Below the pieces are notes generated by a model. The model saw nothing but the letters and a program-made list of their open reading frames with translations. It made no database searches and was not told where the DNA came from. A stretch of DNA of 64,000 bases, from contig JBJTUM010000195.1 in the NCBI GenBank assembly GCA_046080725.1, positions 6,091 through 70,090 of the forward strand, in the 5' to 3' direction. This stretch comes from Cyanobium sp. (GTDB taxonomy: Bacteria; Cyanobacteriota; Cyanobacteriia; PCC-6307; Cyanobiaceae). This document shows, piece after piece, positions 45,444 to 55,016 of this stretch. The translations under genes and the position numbers were made by a program. Within the stretch, counting starts at the first letter, position 1. Every line of letters starts with the position of its first letter.

Positions 45444-46526
45444 ATGAAGCCGCCCACGCCAGCCCGCCTGCCGGTCACGGTGGTGACGGGCTTTCTCGGT
45501 GCAGGAAAAACAACCCTCCTGCGTCATCTCCTCCTGAACAGTGGCCAGCGTCTAGCGGTCATTGTCAATGAATTTGGCGATGTGGGGATCGATGGGGAGC
45601 TCCTGGCTCATTGCGGGTTCTGCCCTGAGGAGGAGCTGGAGGGACGTCTGGTGGAGCTCACCAATGGCTGTCTCTGCTGCACGGTTCAGGACGAGTTCTT
45701 GCCCACGATGGAACGCCTTTTGGAACGGGCTGATCAGTTGGATGGTTTGGTGGTGGAAACCAGCGGCCTTGCCCTCCCAGAACCCCTTGTGGCAGCGTTC
45801 CAATGGCCGCAGGTGCGCACCCGCACCCGTGTTCATGCAGTGGTCACCGTGGTGGATGGAGAGGCTCTCTCCGCAGGCCATGTGGTGGGAGATGCGGAGG
45901 CCGTGGAATCTCAACGGCAGGCCGATCCAAGCATGGAGCATCTCTCCGCCCTGGAAGAGCTATTCGATGAGCAATTGGAGCTGGCAGATCTGGTGGCCGT
46001 AAGCCGGGCCGACACCATGCCTTCAGAAGCCATGGAGATGGTGATGCAAGCGGTACGGGCCAGAGTGCGACCTGGTATCCCCGTGCTTCCCATGGTCAGG
46101 GGTGCCCTGCCGCCCCATCTGCTTCTGGGTAATGCCCTGGTCGACCCCAACCAGCATGGGTTGGCTTCTGACATGGAGGCTCAAACCGACGACCACGCCC
46201 ACGACCATGCCCATGTGGCCATGGACTCCATCCTGATTCGCCGATGGGGTTCGCTTGGGCGAATGGAGGTGGAGCAGGCCCTTCAAGAGATGTTGCGGCA
46301 GCAGCCGATTCTTCGTTTGAAGGGCCGGGTTCAGGAAGCTGGCAAGCGCCTGACTCTCCAGATTCAGGCGGTGGGTCCGCGCCTGGAGTGTTGGTATGAG
46401 GGCGTGGCAACCATGGATCCCCAAACCCCGACCCTTGAGCTGGTGGCACTGGTGCCTGCTGCTCAGCGTGCTGAGGTTGCGGCCGCAGCCGAGCAGCTCT
46501 GGCCGGCCCTGGGAACGCTCCCTTAG
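45444..46526 (+). CDS. cobW: CobW / COG0523 metal chaperone GTPase
   Basis: GFLGAGKTT, NGCLCCT, ETSGLA, His-rich DDHAHDHAH. Confidence 0.92.
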   Translation: MKPPTPARLPVTVVTGFLGAGKTTLLRHLLLNSGQRLAVIVNEFGDVGIDGELLAHCGFCPEEELEGRLVELTNGCLCCTVQDEFLPTMERLLERADQLDGLVVETSGLALPEPLVAAFQWPQVRTRTRVHAVVTVVDGEALSAGHVVGDAEAVESQRQADPSMEHLSALEELFDEQLELADLVAVSRADTMPSEAMEMVMQAVRARVRPGIPVLPMVRGALPPHLLLGNALVDPNQHGLASDMEAQTDDHAHDHAHVAMDSILIRRWGSLGRMEVEQALQEMLRQQPILRLKGRVQEAGKRLTLQIQAVGPRLECWYEGVATMDPQTPTLELVALVPAAQRAEVAAAAEQLWPALGTLP

Positions 46527-46867
46527 TCGAGGGGGATGTCACCTCTGGCGCACACCGGCCCCCAGCACAGGCTTTGATCTGCAGCCCAGCGAGGCGTGAT
46601 CTCGACCCAAACACCTTTTTTCCCTATGCGGACCTGACCCGTGCCGTCGTGGATGAATTCAAAGCGTTCGGATCCAATCAGCAGAAACCAATGTCGCCCT
46701 AGGTGGATCACCTCCATTAAGCAGCTCTGCCAGGGCCCTTCGGCGATCCTGCACTCAAGGGGAATGGGCTTCAGGCTCTGGGCCCAGCTGGATGGAGGAG
46801 AGCCCAGGGTGTGGATCAGGGCTCCCAACCCCAGGAGCCAGAGCCCGACTCTTGAGGACCGCCCCAT
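46523..46867 (-). CDS. Hypothetical exported protein
   Basis: Signal peptide, LECR..WQSC..LCWG.VCARGDIPLD. Confidence 0.6.
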   Translation of the reverse strand: MGRSSRVGLWLLGLGALIHTLGSPPSSWAQSLKPIPLECRIAEGPWQSCLMEVIHLGRHWFLLIGSERFEFIHDGTGQVRIGKKGVWVEITPRWAADQSLCWGPVCARGDIPLD

Positions 46868-46901
46868 GGGCTGCCAGGATTGATGGGTTGCATTACAGCT
46901 G

Positions 46902-47159
46902 GTGCCCCTCTTTCGTGCCTGCATCCAGGTGTCGCTGCGGCCTTCCGTGCTTGATCCCGCTGGGGAGGCCACCCGAGCTGCGGCTACCCGATTAGGGGTG
47001 AGCGGCATCCAGCAACTCCGCATCGGCAAGGCCATCGAGGTGGAGCTTGAGGCACCCGATCGGGCCACCGCAATCGAGAATTTGGAGCTTCTGAGCGATC
47101 GCCTTCTTGCCAATCCCGTGATTGAAGATTGGGAGCTGGATGGGGTGGAGGCCCTCTGA
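46902..47159 (+). CDS. purS: FGAM synthase subunit PurS
   Basis: LRPSVLDPAGEA, RIGK, LLANPVIED. Confidence 0.95.
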   Translation: MPLFRACIQVSLRPSVLDPAGEATRAAATRLGVSGIQQLRIGKAIEVELEAPDRATAIENLELLSDRLLANPVIEDWELDGVEAL

Positions 47160-47165
47160 ACAGCC

Positions 47166-47819
47166 ATGACCGTTGGCATTGTGGTGTTTCCTGGCTCCAA
47201 CTGCGACCGGGATGTGAACTGGGCATTGGAGGGGTGTCTAGGACAGCCCACTCGCATGCTCTGGCATGAAGAGAGGGATCTGAGCGGCTTGGATGCTGTG
47301 ATTCTCCCTGGTGGATTCAGCTACGGCGATTATCTCCGCTGTGGAGCATTAGCCAGGTTTGCTCCCATTCTCCAGGAGGTGTATGAGTTTGCCCAAGGAG
47401 GTGGACCTGTTCTGGGGATCTGCAATGGATTCCAGGTGCTCACGGAAATTGGACTTCTCCCCGGAGCTCTGACACGCAATCGAGAACTGCATTTCCGCTG
47501 TGAATCCACGGTCTTGGAGGTGAGTCCGGGACACTGCACCTGGTTGCAGAACTACGATAATGGCTCATTCATTTCGCTCCCCATTGCCCATGGAGAAGGT
47601 CGCTACCAGGTTGATGCTTGCACCTTGAAGCGCTTGCAAGAGGTTGGACAGGTGGTGCTGCGCTATCGGGACAATCCGAACGGTTCCATGGGGGATGTGG
47701 CTGGATTAACCAATGAAAGGGGCAACGTGCTCGGCTTGATGCCCCATCCCGAGCGGGCCTGTGATCCGGCCCTTGGAGGGCTGGATGGTCGTCCATTGTT
47801 GGGCTCGATTAGCCGGTAG
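47166..47819 (+). CDS. purQ: FGAM synthase subunit PurQ
   Basis: [31 protein letters not shown]. Confidence 0.97.
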   Translation: MTVGIVVFPGSNCDRDVNWALEGCLGQPTRMLWHEERDLSGLDAVILPGGFSYGDYLRCGALARFAPILQEVYEFAQGGGPVLGICNGFQVLTEIGLLPGALTRNRELHFRCESTVLEVSPGHCTWLQNYDNGSFISLPIAHGEGRYQVDACTLKRLQEVGQVVLRYRDNPNGSMGDVAGLTNERGNVLGLMPHPERACDPALGGLDGRPLLGSISR

Positions 47820-47888
47820 GCCAGTTGGCAACAAACAAGAAAAAGGGGCCAGTAGGCCCCATCGCGTTGGAATTGGATCCTGTTCGTC

Positions 47889-48479
47889 TCAGCCGATGGC
47901 AGCAAAGAAATCCTTGCTTTTCACAGGGTCTGGATTCATGGTCTTATCGCCAGGAGTCCAGTTGGCAGGGCAGACCTCATCGGGGTGGGATTGCACGTAT
48001 TGGAACGCCTGCAGAACACGAAGAGTTTCATCCACACTGCGGCCCACGGGAAGGTTGTTGATCGTGCTGTGCATGATCACCCCATCAGGGTCGATGATGA
48101 ATAGGCCACGGAGAGCGATACCGGCCTCTTCATCCAGAACCCCGTATGCCCTTGCGATCTCCTTTTTAAGGTCGGCAACGAGGGGATAGGCGATGTCCCC
48201 GAGACCTCCAGCCTTGCGATCCGTTTGAACCCAGGCCAGATGGCTGAACTGGCTGTCCACGGAAACTCCCAGAACTTCCGTATTGCGACTGGAGAAATCG
48301 CCGTAGCGGTCGCTAAAGGCGGTGATTTCCGTGGGGCAGACGAAAGTGAAATCTAGGGGGTAGAAGAAGAGGACCACGTACTTGCCGCGATAATGCGACA
48401 AGGTGATCTCCTTAAATTCTTGATCCACCACAGCTGTGGCGGTGAAGTCTGGGGCAGGCAGACCAACAAGCCTGGACAT
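47889..48479 (-). CDS. Typical 2-Cys peroxiredoxin (AhpC/Prx1)
   Basis: [24 protein letters not shown]. Confidence 0.95.
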   Translation of the reverse strand: MSRLVGLPAPDFTATAVVDQEFKEITLSHYRGKYVVLFFYPLDFTFVCPTEITAFSDRYGDFSSRNTEVLGVSVDSQFSHLAWVQTDRKAGGLGDIAYPLVADLKKEIARAYGVLDEEAGIALRGLFIIDPDGVIMHSTINNLPVGRSVDETLRVLQAFQYVQSHPDEVCPANWTPGDKTMNPDPVKSKDFFAAIG

Positions 48480-48664
48480 GAGAAAAAGCTGAGAGAAAGG
48501 GCTGAGTCGAGATCGATGGGGTCGTGGTGCTAAGACGAAGTCGGACCGACTTGCATTTCACCGCTTTCAACTTATCACGGATTTTTGCAAGTTCTTGTCT
48601 CCATGAGGGACAAGCTGTAGGGAGGGGGGAACATGAGGCTTAGGTTGGTGAGGCTGGAGCAATC

Positions 48665-48994
48665 ATGACAAGCATGACCTGGGATCCCACCGTGTTGCGG
48701 AAGTACAGCACCACCAGCCACTTTCGGCTGCTGAACCAAGTTCGCACGGAACTGAAGAACAGCCCCTTATCCCGCAATCAGGCGGGTGAACTCAGTGTGA
48801 GCATGGGACGGAGAGGGCCGATGTATCGGGTTCCAATAGAAGTGCGCAGTGTTGGCGGCTCAGGGGGTTCAGGAAGGAGTCAGCGCTATGGGTTGAGTGC
48901 CCCTTCTCTACCCATATCGTTAACGACCCAGGAGAGCCCCAATGGTGATAACACAAGCTTTCGTGACCGATTGAGAGCGGTTGATATGCGCTAG
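48665..48994 (+). CDS. Conserved cyanobacterial hypothetical protein
   Basis: WDPTVLRKYSTTSHFRLLNQVR.EL...PL. Confidence 0.7.
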   Translation: MTSMTWDPTVLRKYSTTSHFRLLNQVRTELKNSPLSRNQAGELSVSMGRRGPMYRVPIEVRSVGGSGGSGRSQRYGLSAPSLPISLTTQESPNGDNTSFRDRLRAVDMR

Positions 48995-49008
48995 GAGAGG
49001 CTATTTAA

Positions 49009-49082
49009 TGGCTCGGGGGAGACTTGAACTCCCGACCTTGGGGTTATGAATCCCACGCTCTAACCAGCTGAGCTACCGAGCC
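49009..49082 (-). tRNA. tRNA with CAT anticodon, probably elongator tRNA-Met
   Basis: Minus strand GGCTCGGTAGCTCAGCTGGTTAGAGCGTGGGATTCATAACCCCAAGGTCGGGAGTTCAAGTCTCCCCCGAGCCA; cloverleaf, paired G1-C72, no encoded CCA. Confidence 0.93.
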
Positions 49083-49119
49083 TCATCCATAGAATCTTAG
49101 GCCATCGCCTCCAAGGACT

Positions 49120-49977
49120 TCATGCGGCCGGCTGGATCACATCCATAGGGTTGATGGCTCCAAAACCAGGGGAATGAATCTCAAAGTGCAAATGGGGACC
49201 TGTACTCCTGCCGGTGCTCCCCATCTCCCCGATTTGCTGTCCCTGGAGAACCTCCTCACCCTCTCGGACAAGGATGCGACTCTGGTGGGCATAGAGGCTG
49301 CGGGAGCCATCACCATGGGTGATTTCCACTAAGTATCCGTATCCACCATTACTCCAACCGGCAAAAGAAACTCTGCCGTGCTGGGAAGCCACGATGGCTG
49401 TACCAACACTGTTGGCAACGTCAATACCTTTGTGCATGCGACCCCAACGCCAGCCATACCCTGAGGTGAGTAGACCTCGCGCTGGCATGAGCCAGCGCTG
49501 GTTTCCGGAGGGACGGAGCTGAGATGGACCGTAATCCGGAATATCTGGCCAGCTGACCCCTCCACTTGTGGAGGGCTTGAGGCTAATCAGCTGGTGAATC
49601 CGTAACCGTGATTCTGAAGACACCTTTAATTGACGGCCCACAACTAAGGGCGATGTTCGGAGGTCGGGGTTCAGCTGAACCAAGTCGTCGACAGAAAGCT
49701 GGTAGCGATGAGCAATGGAATCAAGCGTGTCTCCAAAACGAATCATCCCCCTCGATGGGATATGGGCACTGTCCTCTGTGGGCAACAAGGGTGGAGGAGG
49801 AGATGGAGGAAGACGTTCACCATTGGAGTCGGTTTGACCTTGTCCGATGCCCCTTAGAGCTGCCAAAAGGTCGTTAGAAGACGACGTGGATTGAAGGTCG
49901 GTGGCCAGGGCTGCGGAAAGCGGCAAGACCACCGAGGTACTGAGCAGAGCTGTAAAAACGCGGCGGCTAAACAACAT
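49120..49977 (-). CDS. LysM + M23 peptidase (NlpD-like)
   Basis: GDTLDSIA..LNP (LysM), HKGID, YAH, STGPHLHFE. Confidence 0.92.
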   Translation of the reverse strand: MLFSRRVFTALLSTSVVLPLSAALATDLQSTSSSNDLLAALRGIGQGQTDSNGERLPPSPPPPLLPTEDSAHIPSRGMIRFGDTLDSIAHRYQLSVDDLVQLNPDLRTSPLVVGRQLKVSSESRLRIHQLISLKPSTSGGVSWPDIPDYGPSQLRPSGNQRWLMPARGLLTSGYGWRWGRMHKGIDVANSVGTAIVASQHGRVSFAGWSNGGYGYLVEITHGDGSRSLYAHQSRILVREGEEVLQGQQIGEMGSTGRSTGPHLHFEIHSPGFGAINPMDVIQPAA

Positions 49978-50084
49978 GTGGGGAACTTCGATGTTAATTA
50001 GAAAGAGTCAGAACAGGTCCAGAAATCAACAGAAAGAACAGATGAAACCTTGGCCTGCCAAATAAATTCCCGCAGAACTTAGCG

Positions 50085-50618
50085 TCAGTCTTCAGCTGGC
50101 GCAAGTGTTGCAGGGCCCCTGAACGGATTGGCCACACGTGGCTCACCCATGTGGCGTTGTCTGAGGGCCTCAAAAACCACCACTCCCACCGCGACTGAGA
50201 GGTTGAGGCTCCTCACCCCACCAGGGGCCTTCTGGCCTGATCGGTGCATGGGAATTGTGAGCCTTAGATCGGCGGCCTCCAGCAGGGCGGAGCTTAATCC
50301 GTCGGTTTCCTTGCCGAACATCAGCCAGTCGTCCTCTTGGTAGGCCACGTCGGTGTAGGACCCAGTGGCGTGACTGCTGAACGCCAATAAGCGCCCCCCC
50401 TGCTGGCGTTGTTCACGAAGAAAGGTGGGAACGTCCGGGTGGCGAATTAATGTGACCAAGGGCCAGTAATCCAGCCCAGCGCGGCGCAGGTGCCGATCAC
50501 TCAGTGAAAAACCAAGGGGTTCGATCAAATGAAGGTCCAATCCAGTAGCGGCGCAGGTCCGGGCCACATTTCCCGTGTTTGGAGGGATCAGAGGTTCAAA
50601 CAAGACAACACTGGGCAT
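50085..50618 (-). CDS. trmL: tRNA (cytidine/uridine-34-2'-O)-methyltransferase
   Basis: VVLFEPLIPPNTGNVAR, RRAGLDYW, FGKETDGL, RSLNLS. Confidence 0.92.
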   Translation of the reverse strand: MPSVVLFEPLIPPNTGNVARTCAATGLDLHLIEPLGFSLSDRHLRRAGLDYWPLVTLIRHPDVPTFLREQRQQGGRLLAFSSHATGSYTDVAYQEDDWLMFGKETDGLSSALLEAADLRLTIPMHRSGQKAPGGVRSLNLSVAVGVVVFEALRQRHMGEPRVANPFRGPATLAPAED

Positions 50619-51169
50619 CAGGGTGGAATGGGCAGAGCCAGTTGGGTCAGGTTGATAGCCCTCCCTTGCAACACAAGCCAGGACCCACTGCAATGAGGTG
50701 AAAGCCTTTGTTGCAGGGCCCCCAGGCGGTCACGGAACTGGCCACCTGCGGTGGTCATGGGAACCACCCCCCACCCCGTTTCTTCACTCACCACAACCAA
50801 AGGGGAGCGAACCCGTTGGATCGTGTTCAGCAGAGTGTCCACTTGCTCCTGCCAGGCCGACCCTTCCTGGTCCAAATGAGCTGCGACCCAGGTGCCCAGT
50901 GAATCCACTAGTCCCAGCTCGTTTGGTCTCAGGCTCAGCAGCCCTGGGCTGAGTTCAGCTCTCACTTCTAGGGTGCGCCAGGTGGATGGTCGTCGTTGGC
51001 GATGGCGTTCAAGGCGCTGTTGCCACGAAGGATCTTCTGGCAAATCAGGACCGGTGGCCAACACGACAACCGGATAACCGCTGCATTGCGCAAGGTGTTC
51101 TGCCCAGCGACTTTTGCCACTGGCGGCAGGCCCACTTACCAGGGTGAGATGTGGCAAATAGTCAGCCAA
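50618..51169 (-). CDS. cobU: Adenosylcobinamide kinase/cobinamide-phosphate guanylyltransferase
   Basis: GPAASGKSRWAE, H..RRP..W, VSEETGWGVVP. Confidence 0.92.
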   Translation of the reverse strand: MADYLPHLTLVSGPAASGKSRWAEHLAQCSGYPVVVLATGPDLPEDPSWQQRLERHRQRRPSTWRTLEVRAELSPGLLSLRPNELGLVDSLGTWVAAHLDQEGSAWQEQVDTLLNTIQRVRSPLVVVSEETGWGVVPMTTAGGQFRDRLGALQQRLSPHCSGSWLVLQGRAINLTQLALPIPP

Positions 51170-51173
51170 TTTC

Positions 51174-52319
51174 CTAGCCGCCCCCCTGCATGTTGCGCAG
51201 GGTTGCCACAGAGGAGGGGGAAACCCGATTCAAGTAACGGAAGATCCAGTATTTAAAGATTGTGGCGAGCACCACAGGAAAGGTGGCTATGAACAGAAGA
51301 ATAAAGTTTTCGCGAGCTGGCAAACCAAAATGATGGGCTACACCATCTAGAAGGACCGTCCATCCTTCCGGGCTGTGAAAACCTACAAATATATCCGTAA
51401 AGAGGATAATCGCAAAGGCTTTTGCGCTATCGCTCAAGCCATAAACCAGCTCGTCAAGAAACCCTCGCAGCACTTGAATATCACGTTGCCCCAAAAAACA
51501 CACGGCAACGAAGCCGAGTAGGCCAAACACATCAGCGAAGACATTCTTGACAGCTTCCGTGCTTTCTTTATCTGCCTCTTCTTTTAATTCCTGGGCACGG
51601 GTCTGAAGTTGTTTCTGTAGTTCTTCTCTGCTGGGTAGTGGTTTGTTGTGAAGGAGATGGTCAAACTCAATCTCCGCCTGAAACACTCTTAACTTTTCAA
51701 CAGCTTGCTCCTCAAGTTTTGGTTTGGGATAACTGAGAAAGGGGGTGTCTGGGGAAAAGCGATCCACCAACGGAGACACAACATAAGTGCGGCTGATCTG
51801 CTGCACCAAGATCGGCACCAGGATCATCAGCAACAAAATGCGCAACGCCACCAGGGTGGAATCGCGCCGTCTGCGAAAACCAGCCACCACACTGGCTTCG
51901 GCTTCCGGATCGAGCCGCTGTCGCACCTGATCAACCACCCCGAGCAGGCTGCGAGGCAGGATTTCAGGACTCCGACTCAAGCTAGGCAACTGTTCTCGGG
52001 TTCCTGCATAACGAGCGGTGACGGATTCGAGCAATTGCAATTGGCGCAATTCCTGGCCACTCAGTTCCTGCCGATAGGGTTTGGTCTTCTCCAAGGACTG
52101 TTGGCAAACCTGCAACGCTGCTCGAAAACGGCGCAGCACCTGGGCCTGCATGGCTTTTGGGATGCGCAGCTCAAGCTCGGGCCTGACTGGGCGATCCTGG
52201 TAGTACTCCAGTTCGATACTTTGGATCAGCAGGGCTGATTCGTAGCCCCTCTCGAGGTCACTGCTGAGGTCTAGGGCTTGGGCATTGCCGAGGCGGCCCA
52301 TCCAGTCGCGGAATCCCAT
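51174..52319 (-). CDS. pxcA: Proton extrusion protein PcxA (CemA family)
   Basis: LSDSAKAFAIILFTDIFVGFHSPEGW, FKYWIFRYLNRVSPS. Confidence 0.92.
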   Translation of the reverse strand: MGFRDWMGRLGNAQALDLSSDLERGYESALLIQSIELEYYQDRPVRPELELRIPKAMQAQVLRRFRAALQVCQQSLEKTKPYRQELSGQELRQLQLLESVTARYAGTREQLPSLSRSPEILPRSLLGVVDQVRQRLDPEAEASVVAGFRRRRDSTLVALRILLLMILVPILVQQISRTYVVSPLVDRFSPDTPFLSYPKPKLEEQAVEKLRVFQAEIEFDHLLHNKPLPSREELQKQLQTRAQELKEEADKESTEAVKNVFADVFGLLGFVAVCFLGQRDIQVLRGFLDELVYGLSDSAKAFAIILFTDIFVGFHSPEGWTVLLDGVAHHFGLPARENFILLFIATFPVVLATIFKYWIFRYLNRVSPSSVATLRNMQGGG

Positions 52320-52326
52320 CGTTTGG

Positions 52327-53061
52327 TCAGCGTGAAAACACCCACCACGTCGCCATGGGCACCACTGTGCCAATGACGAGCAGCACGACCACCCAGGTGA
52401 AGGCGTGGCTGCTTTCTGTTTCCTCCTTGCTGGGAATGTTGCTGGCCAGTACGGGCGCCTCCTCAATCAACGGTTCTCCCGGATCTTCACCCCCCTGGAG
52501 CACCGTGGTGACGCGGCTGAGGGCATCCAGCGTGGCCTGGCGGTAACGATCGGCGGAACGGAGAGGAATGGCCATTGTCGTGTTAGCCGTGCTGTCCAGC
52601 AATTCAGCCGGAAGGCGGCCCTTGAGCCCCATGGAGGCCACCAAGGCAGTGGAACGGGTTTGGGAGTCGATCAAGAGAAGCAAGCGGGGTAAGGCAGCCC
52701 CTTCTTGTTCAGAGGGGGTTGTGTCCCATCTGTTCAGAAGGTCTTCCCCAAGTTTTTCCAGGCTGACGTCATAGTCGAGCTTGGACACAGTGACCACCTT
52801 GGCGTCAACCCGCTCATCACCAAGGCTTTGAAGAGCCTTCTCAATCTCTTGGGAGCTGGCCCTAGAGAACACATGGGCCTCATCGATCACATGGGAGGGG
52901 GGGGCCTGTTGGGGGAAGTCCTCTGGCCCGATGGCCAGGACAGGGGCGACAACCGCCAAAAGGATTCCCATGCAGAAGAAGGCAGAAGCCAGCACCGATG
53001 GCGCCCATCGAGAAAGACCCTTGTGCCAGTGAACGGCACCGCTGCTGGATGGAGGAGTCAC
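52327..53061 (-). CDS. psb32: TPM domain photosystem II repair protein Psb32
   Basis: VIDEA.VFSRAS, C-terminal TM WVVVLLVIGTVVPMATWW; start estimated. Confidence 0.8.
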   Translation of the reverse strand: MTPPSSSGAVHWHKGLSRWAPSVLASAFFCMGILLAVVAPVLAIGPEDFPQQAPPSHVIDEAHVFSRASSQEIEKALQSLGDERVDAKVVTVSKLDYDVSLEKLGEDLLNRWDTTPSEQEGAALPRLLLLIDSQTRSTALVASMGLKGRLPAELLDSTANTTMAIPLRSADRYRQATLDALSRVTTVLQGGEDPGEPLIEEAPVLASNIPSKEETESSHAFTWVVVLLVIGTVVPMATWWVFSR

Positions 53062-53161
53062 GGCAAGCTCCAAAAAGGAAGGGTCATGACCCAGTCTGCC
53101 GCGCAAGCGCCGATCATGCTCTTTTGACGTCCTGCTGGATTTCCCCACGATCTCATCGCCG

Positions 53162-53845
53162 ATGGCCCTTCCCCTTCCAGCCCGTGTTGTTCTGGCGATT
53201 GGCCTTGGGGGCTTGGCGCTCAGCGTGGCAAACCAGCTCACTACTCCCCAACTGGATCCTCCCCTGGAGCGAGCTTCTGTGCTGGCCAGTTTGCTGGCGG
53301 TGGTGCTGATGGTGGTCGCGGCCCTCTGGCAGCGTGTGGAGCCTTCAGCGGCCAATCGAGCCGCCCTCATCGGACAGCAGGGCTTGAACTTGGCTGAGGG
53401 TTTGCCCGCACAGATGGTTGCGGAGCTGGGCTGGGGGAGCTCCATGCTTTTGACGGCGACTCCCGCGGCCGTTCTTCTGCTGCACGACGGAGAGCGAATC
53501 CTCTTGAGACGCGGATTGCTCGGAGCTGAGATCTTTGTTCCAGGGCCGATCTGTAGGCAGGCCTTGATGCGTCAGCGGTTTATCTCCCTTGTGGATTTGA
53601 AGCACTACCCAGGTCGAGATGAATTTGACACGTTGCTTCCGGGCTTGCCGGCGGTGGTGGTGCAGCCCATCGGCGAGAGGGGTCTGTTGCTCGTGGGAGG
53701 CTGGAGTGCGCGGTGCTTCAGTCAGGCTGACCTGCGTTGGATCGAAGGTTGGGCGGGAAAGCTCAAAACTCAATGGGCGGGCGTTTGGGGCGAGCCCGCT
53801 CCGGCTTCGGAGCAGCAGCCTGGCGGGGAACCCGCAGTTGGCTGA
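53162..53845 (+). CDS. Cofactor assembly of complex C subunit (CCB2/CCB4 family)
   Basis: Two TM helices, ELGW.S.MLLTAT, L..YPGR.EF, RCFS..D..WI. Confidence 0.8.
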   Translation: MALPLPARVVLAIGLGGLALSVANQLTTPQLDPPLERASVLASLLAVVLMVVAALWQRVEPSAANRAALIGQQGLNLAEGLPAQMVAELGWGSSMLLTATPAAVLLLHDGERILLRRGLLGAEIFVPGPICRQALMRQRFISLVDLKHYPGRDEFDTLLPGLPAVVVQPIGERGLLLVGGWSARCFSQADLRWIEGWAGKLKTQWAGVWGEPAPASEQQPGGEPAVG

Positions 53846-55016
53846 ACACCCTTCCGTTGGGAGTGGTGGCTTTCACCCCTCCCATCGATCCCAACTTGCC
53901 CTCCATGCGATCAGCGCGGGTGAGTTGATCATTGGCAAGGCGTCGATAGAGCACCTGCCCCTCAGCACTGATTCCTTGGCTCTTCCAGTTCCACAAACAT
54001 CGTTGGGCAGTTAACTGGTCCCCGTCCTGTCGCAGTTGGCAGTTCCTTTGGATGCTGGCCGATGAGGCTTTGCCATCCAGGAGCAACTTCTCGCCCTGGA
54101 CGTGCAAATTACCGATTTGACCCAAAAAGGCAGCATTAGTTTTTATCTGTGAATCCTTGGTGTTGAAGTCAAGATATGCGCCACGAAACCAGCTCCGCTC
54201 GCCGGGATCCATGAACTCCACCGGACCAAAAAGGGTGTAGGCCTGCTGGACGGTGTTTCCCTCCAGGCGGGATCCCTTCAAGAGCTGTGGAGGGATTTGG
54301 GCTCCTCGCCCCGGCGGGCGACGTGTCATGCGCACTGGCCCCATGCCCTTCAGATCTCCCTGGCCGGGGCGCCAATCCACCTCCTTGAAGGTTCCTTGAA
54401 TTTCAGGTGCGGGTTTGGACGTCTGGGTGGTAATCGCCAAGGGACGCTCCCATCTCTGGATTGTGGGTTCCCCGCGGAGCTCGAGCAGGTCTTTTTCGAG
54501 AAGCAAACTTGCCGTCTGGGCGGAGAGTTGGGTCTGAAGATTCCGCACGTTGGGCCCCAATTCAAAGCGCATCAAGGAATCCCGGGGGATCCAGAGGGCT
54601 CGATTAGCGCTCAGAAGGAGGGGATCCTTCCCCAGCCGCTGCAAGCGGATGTTTCCTTCCAGCAGGATCACCGCTCCATCGTTGATTACGGTGCCCGTTG
54701 TGGCCGAAAGCTTGTAGAGCGGCTTCCCCTTCTCAAAAATCACGCCTTCGGGGCGCAAGGCGCGGGCCACGCTGCTGCGTAGGTCGTACCGCGCTTCTGG
54801 ACTCTTTAACGACCAGGCTGGTAAGCCTTGACGGGTGCGTTGCTGAAGATCGAGGGCACGGAAGCTGAAAGGGGGAGCACTTTCCTCAGATTGCATGCTG
54901 TTTTGCTGTTGGCAGCCCTGGCTGATCACCCCAGTGGCAAGGGTTGCAACTAGGCAAACCCATCGGGTTTGCCCCCACGACTGACGCTGCTTGAGCTGGC
55001 GCGTTGTTTGCTTCAA
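53763..55016 (-). CDS. lptC: LptC-like LPS export protein
   Basis: Lipoprotein-like ISQGC, W.L.SPEARY, beta-jellyroll-like repeats; TTGA overlap with the metG stop. Confidence 0.7.
   Translation of the reverse strand: MKQTTRQLKQRQSWGQTRWVCLVATLATGVISQGCQQQNSMQSEESAPPFSFRALDLQQRTRQGLPAWSLKSPEARYDLRSSVARALRPEGVIFEKGKPLYKLSATTGTVINDGAVILLEGNIRLQRLGKDPLLLSANRALWIPRDSLMRFELGPNVRNLQTQLSAQTASLLLEKDLLELRGEPTIQRWERPLAITTQTSKPAPEIQGTFKEVDWRPGQGDLKGMGPVRMTRRPPGRGAQIPPQLLKGSRLEGNTVQQAYTLFGPVEFMDPGERSWFRGAYLDFNTKDSQIKTNAAFLGQIGNLHVQGEKLLLDGKASSASIQRNCQLRQDGDQLTAQRCLWNWKSQGISAEGQVLYRRLANDQLTRADRMEGKLGSMGGVKATTPNGRVFSQLRVPRQAAAPKPERARPKRPPIEF

Noticed and set aside
49009-49082. tRNA as an integration site
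   Set aside because: No integrase and no duplicated tRNA 3' end seen; flanking genes look like core genes
53763-53845. 83-bp convergent overlap of ccb4-like and lptC
   Set aside because: Involves only low-complexity C-terminal tails, which is common in compact GC-rich genomes
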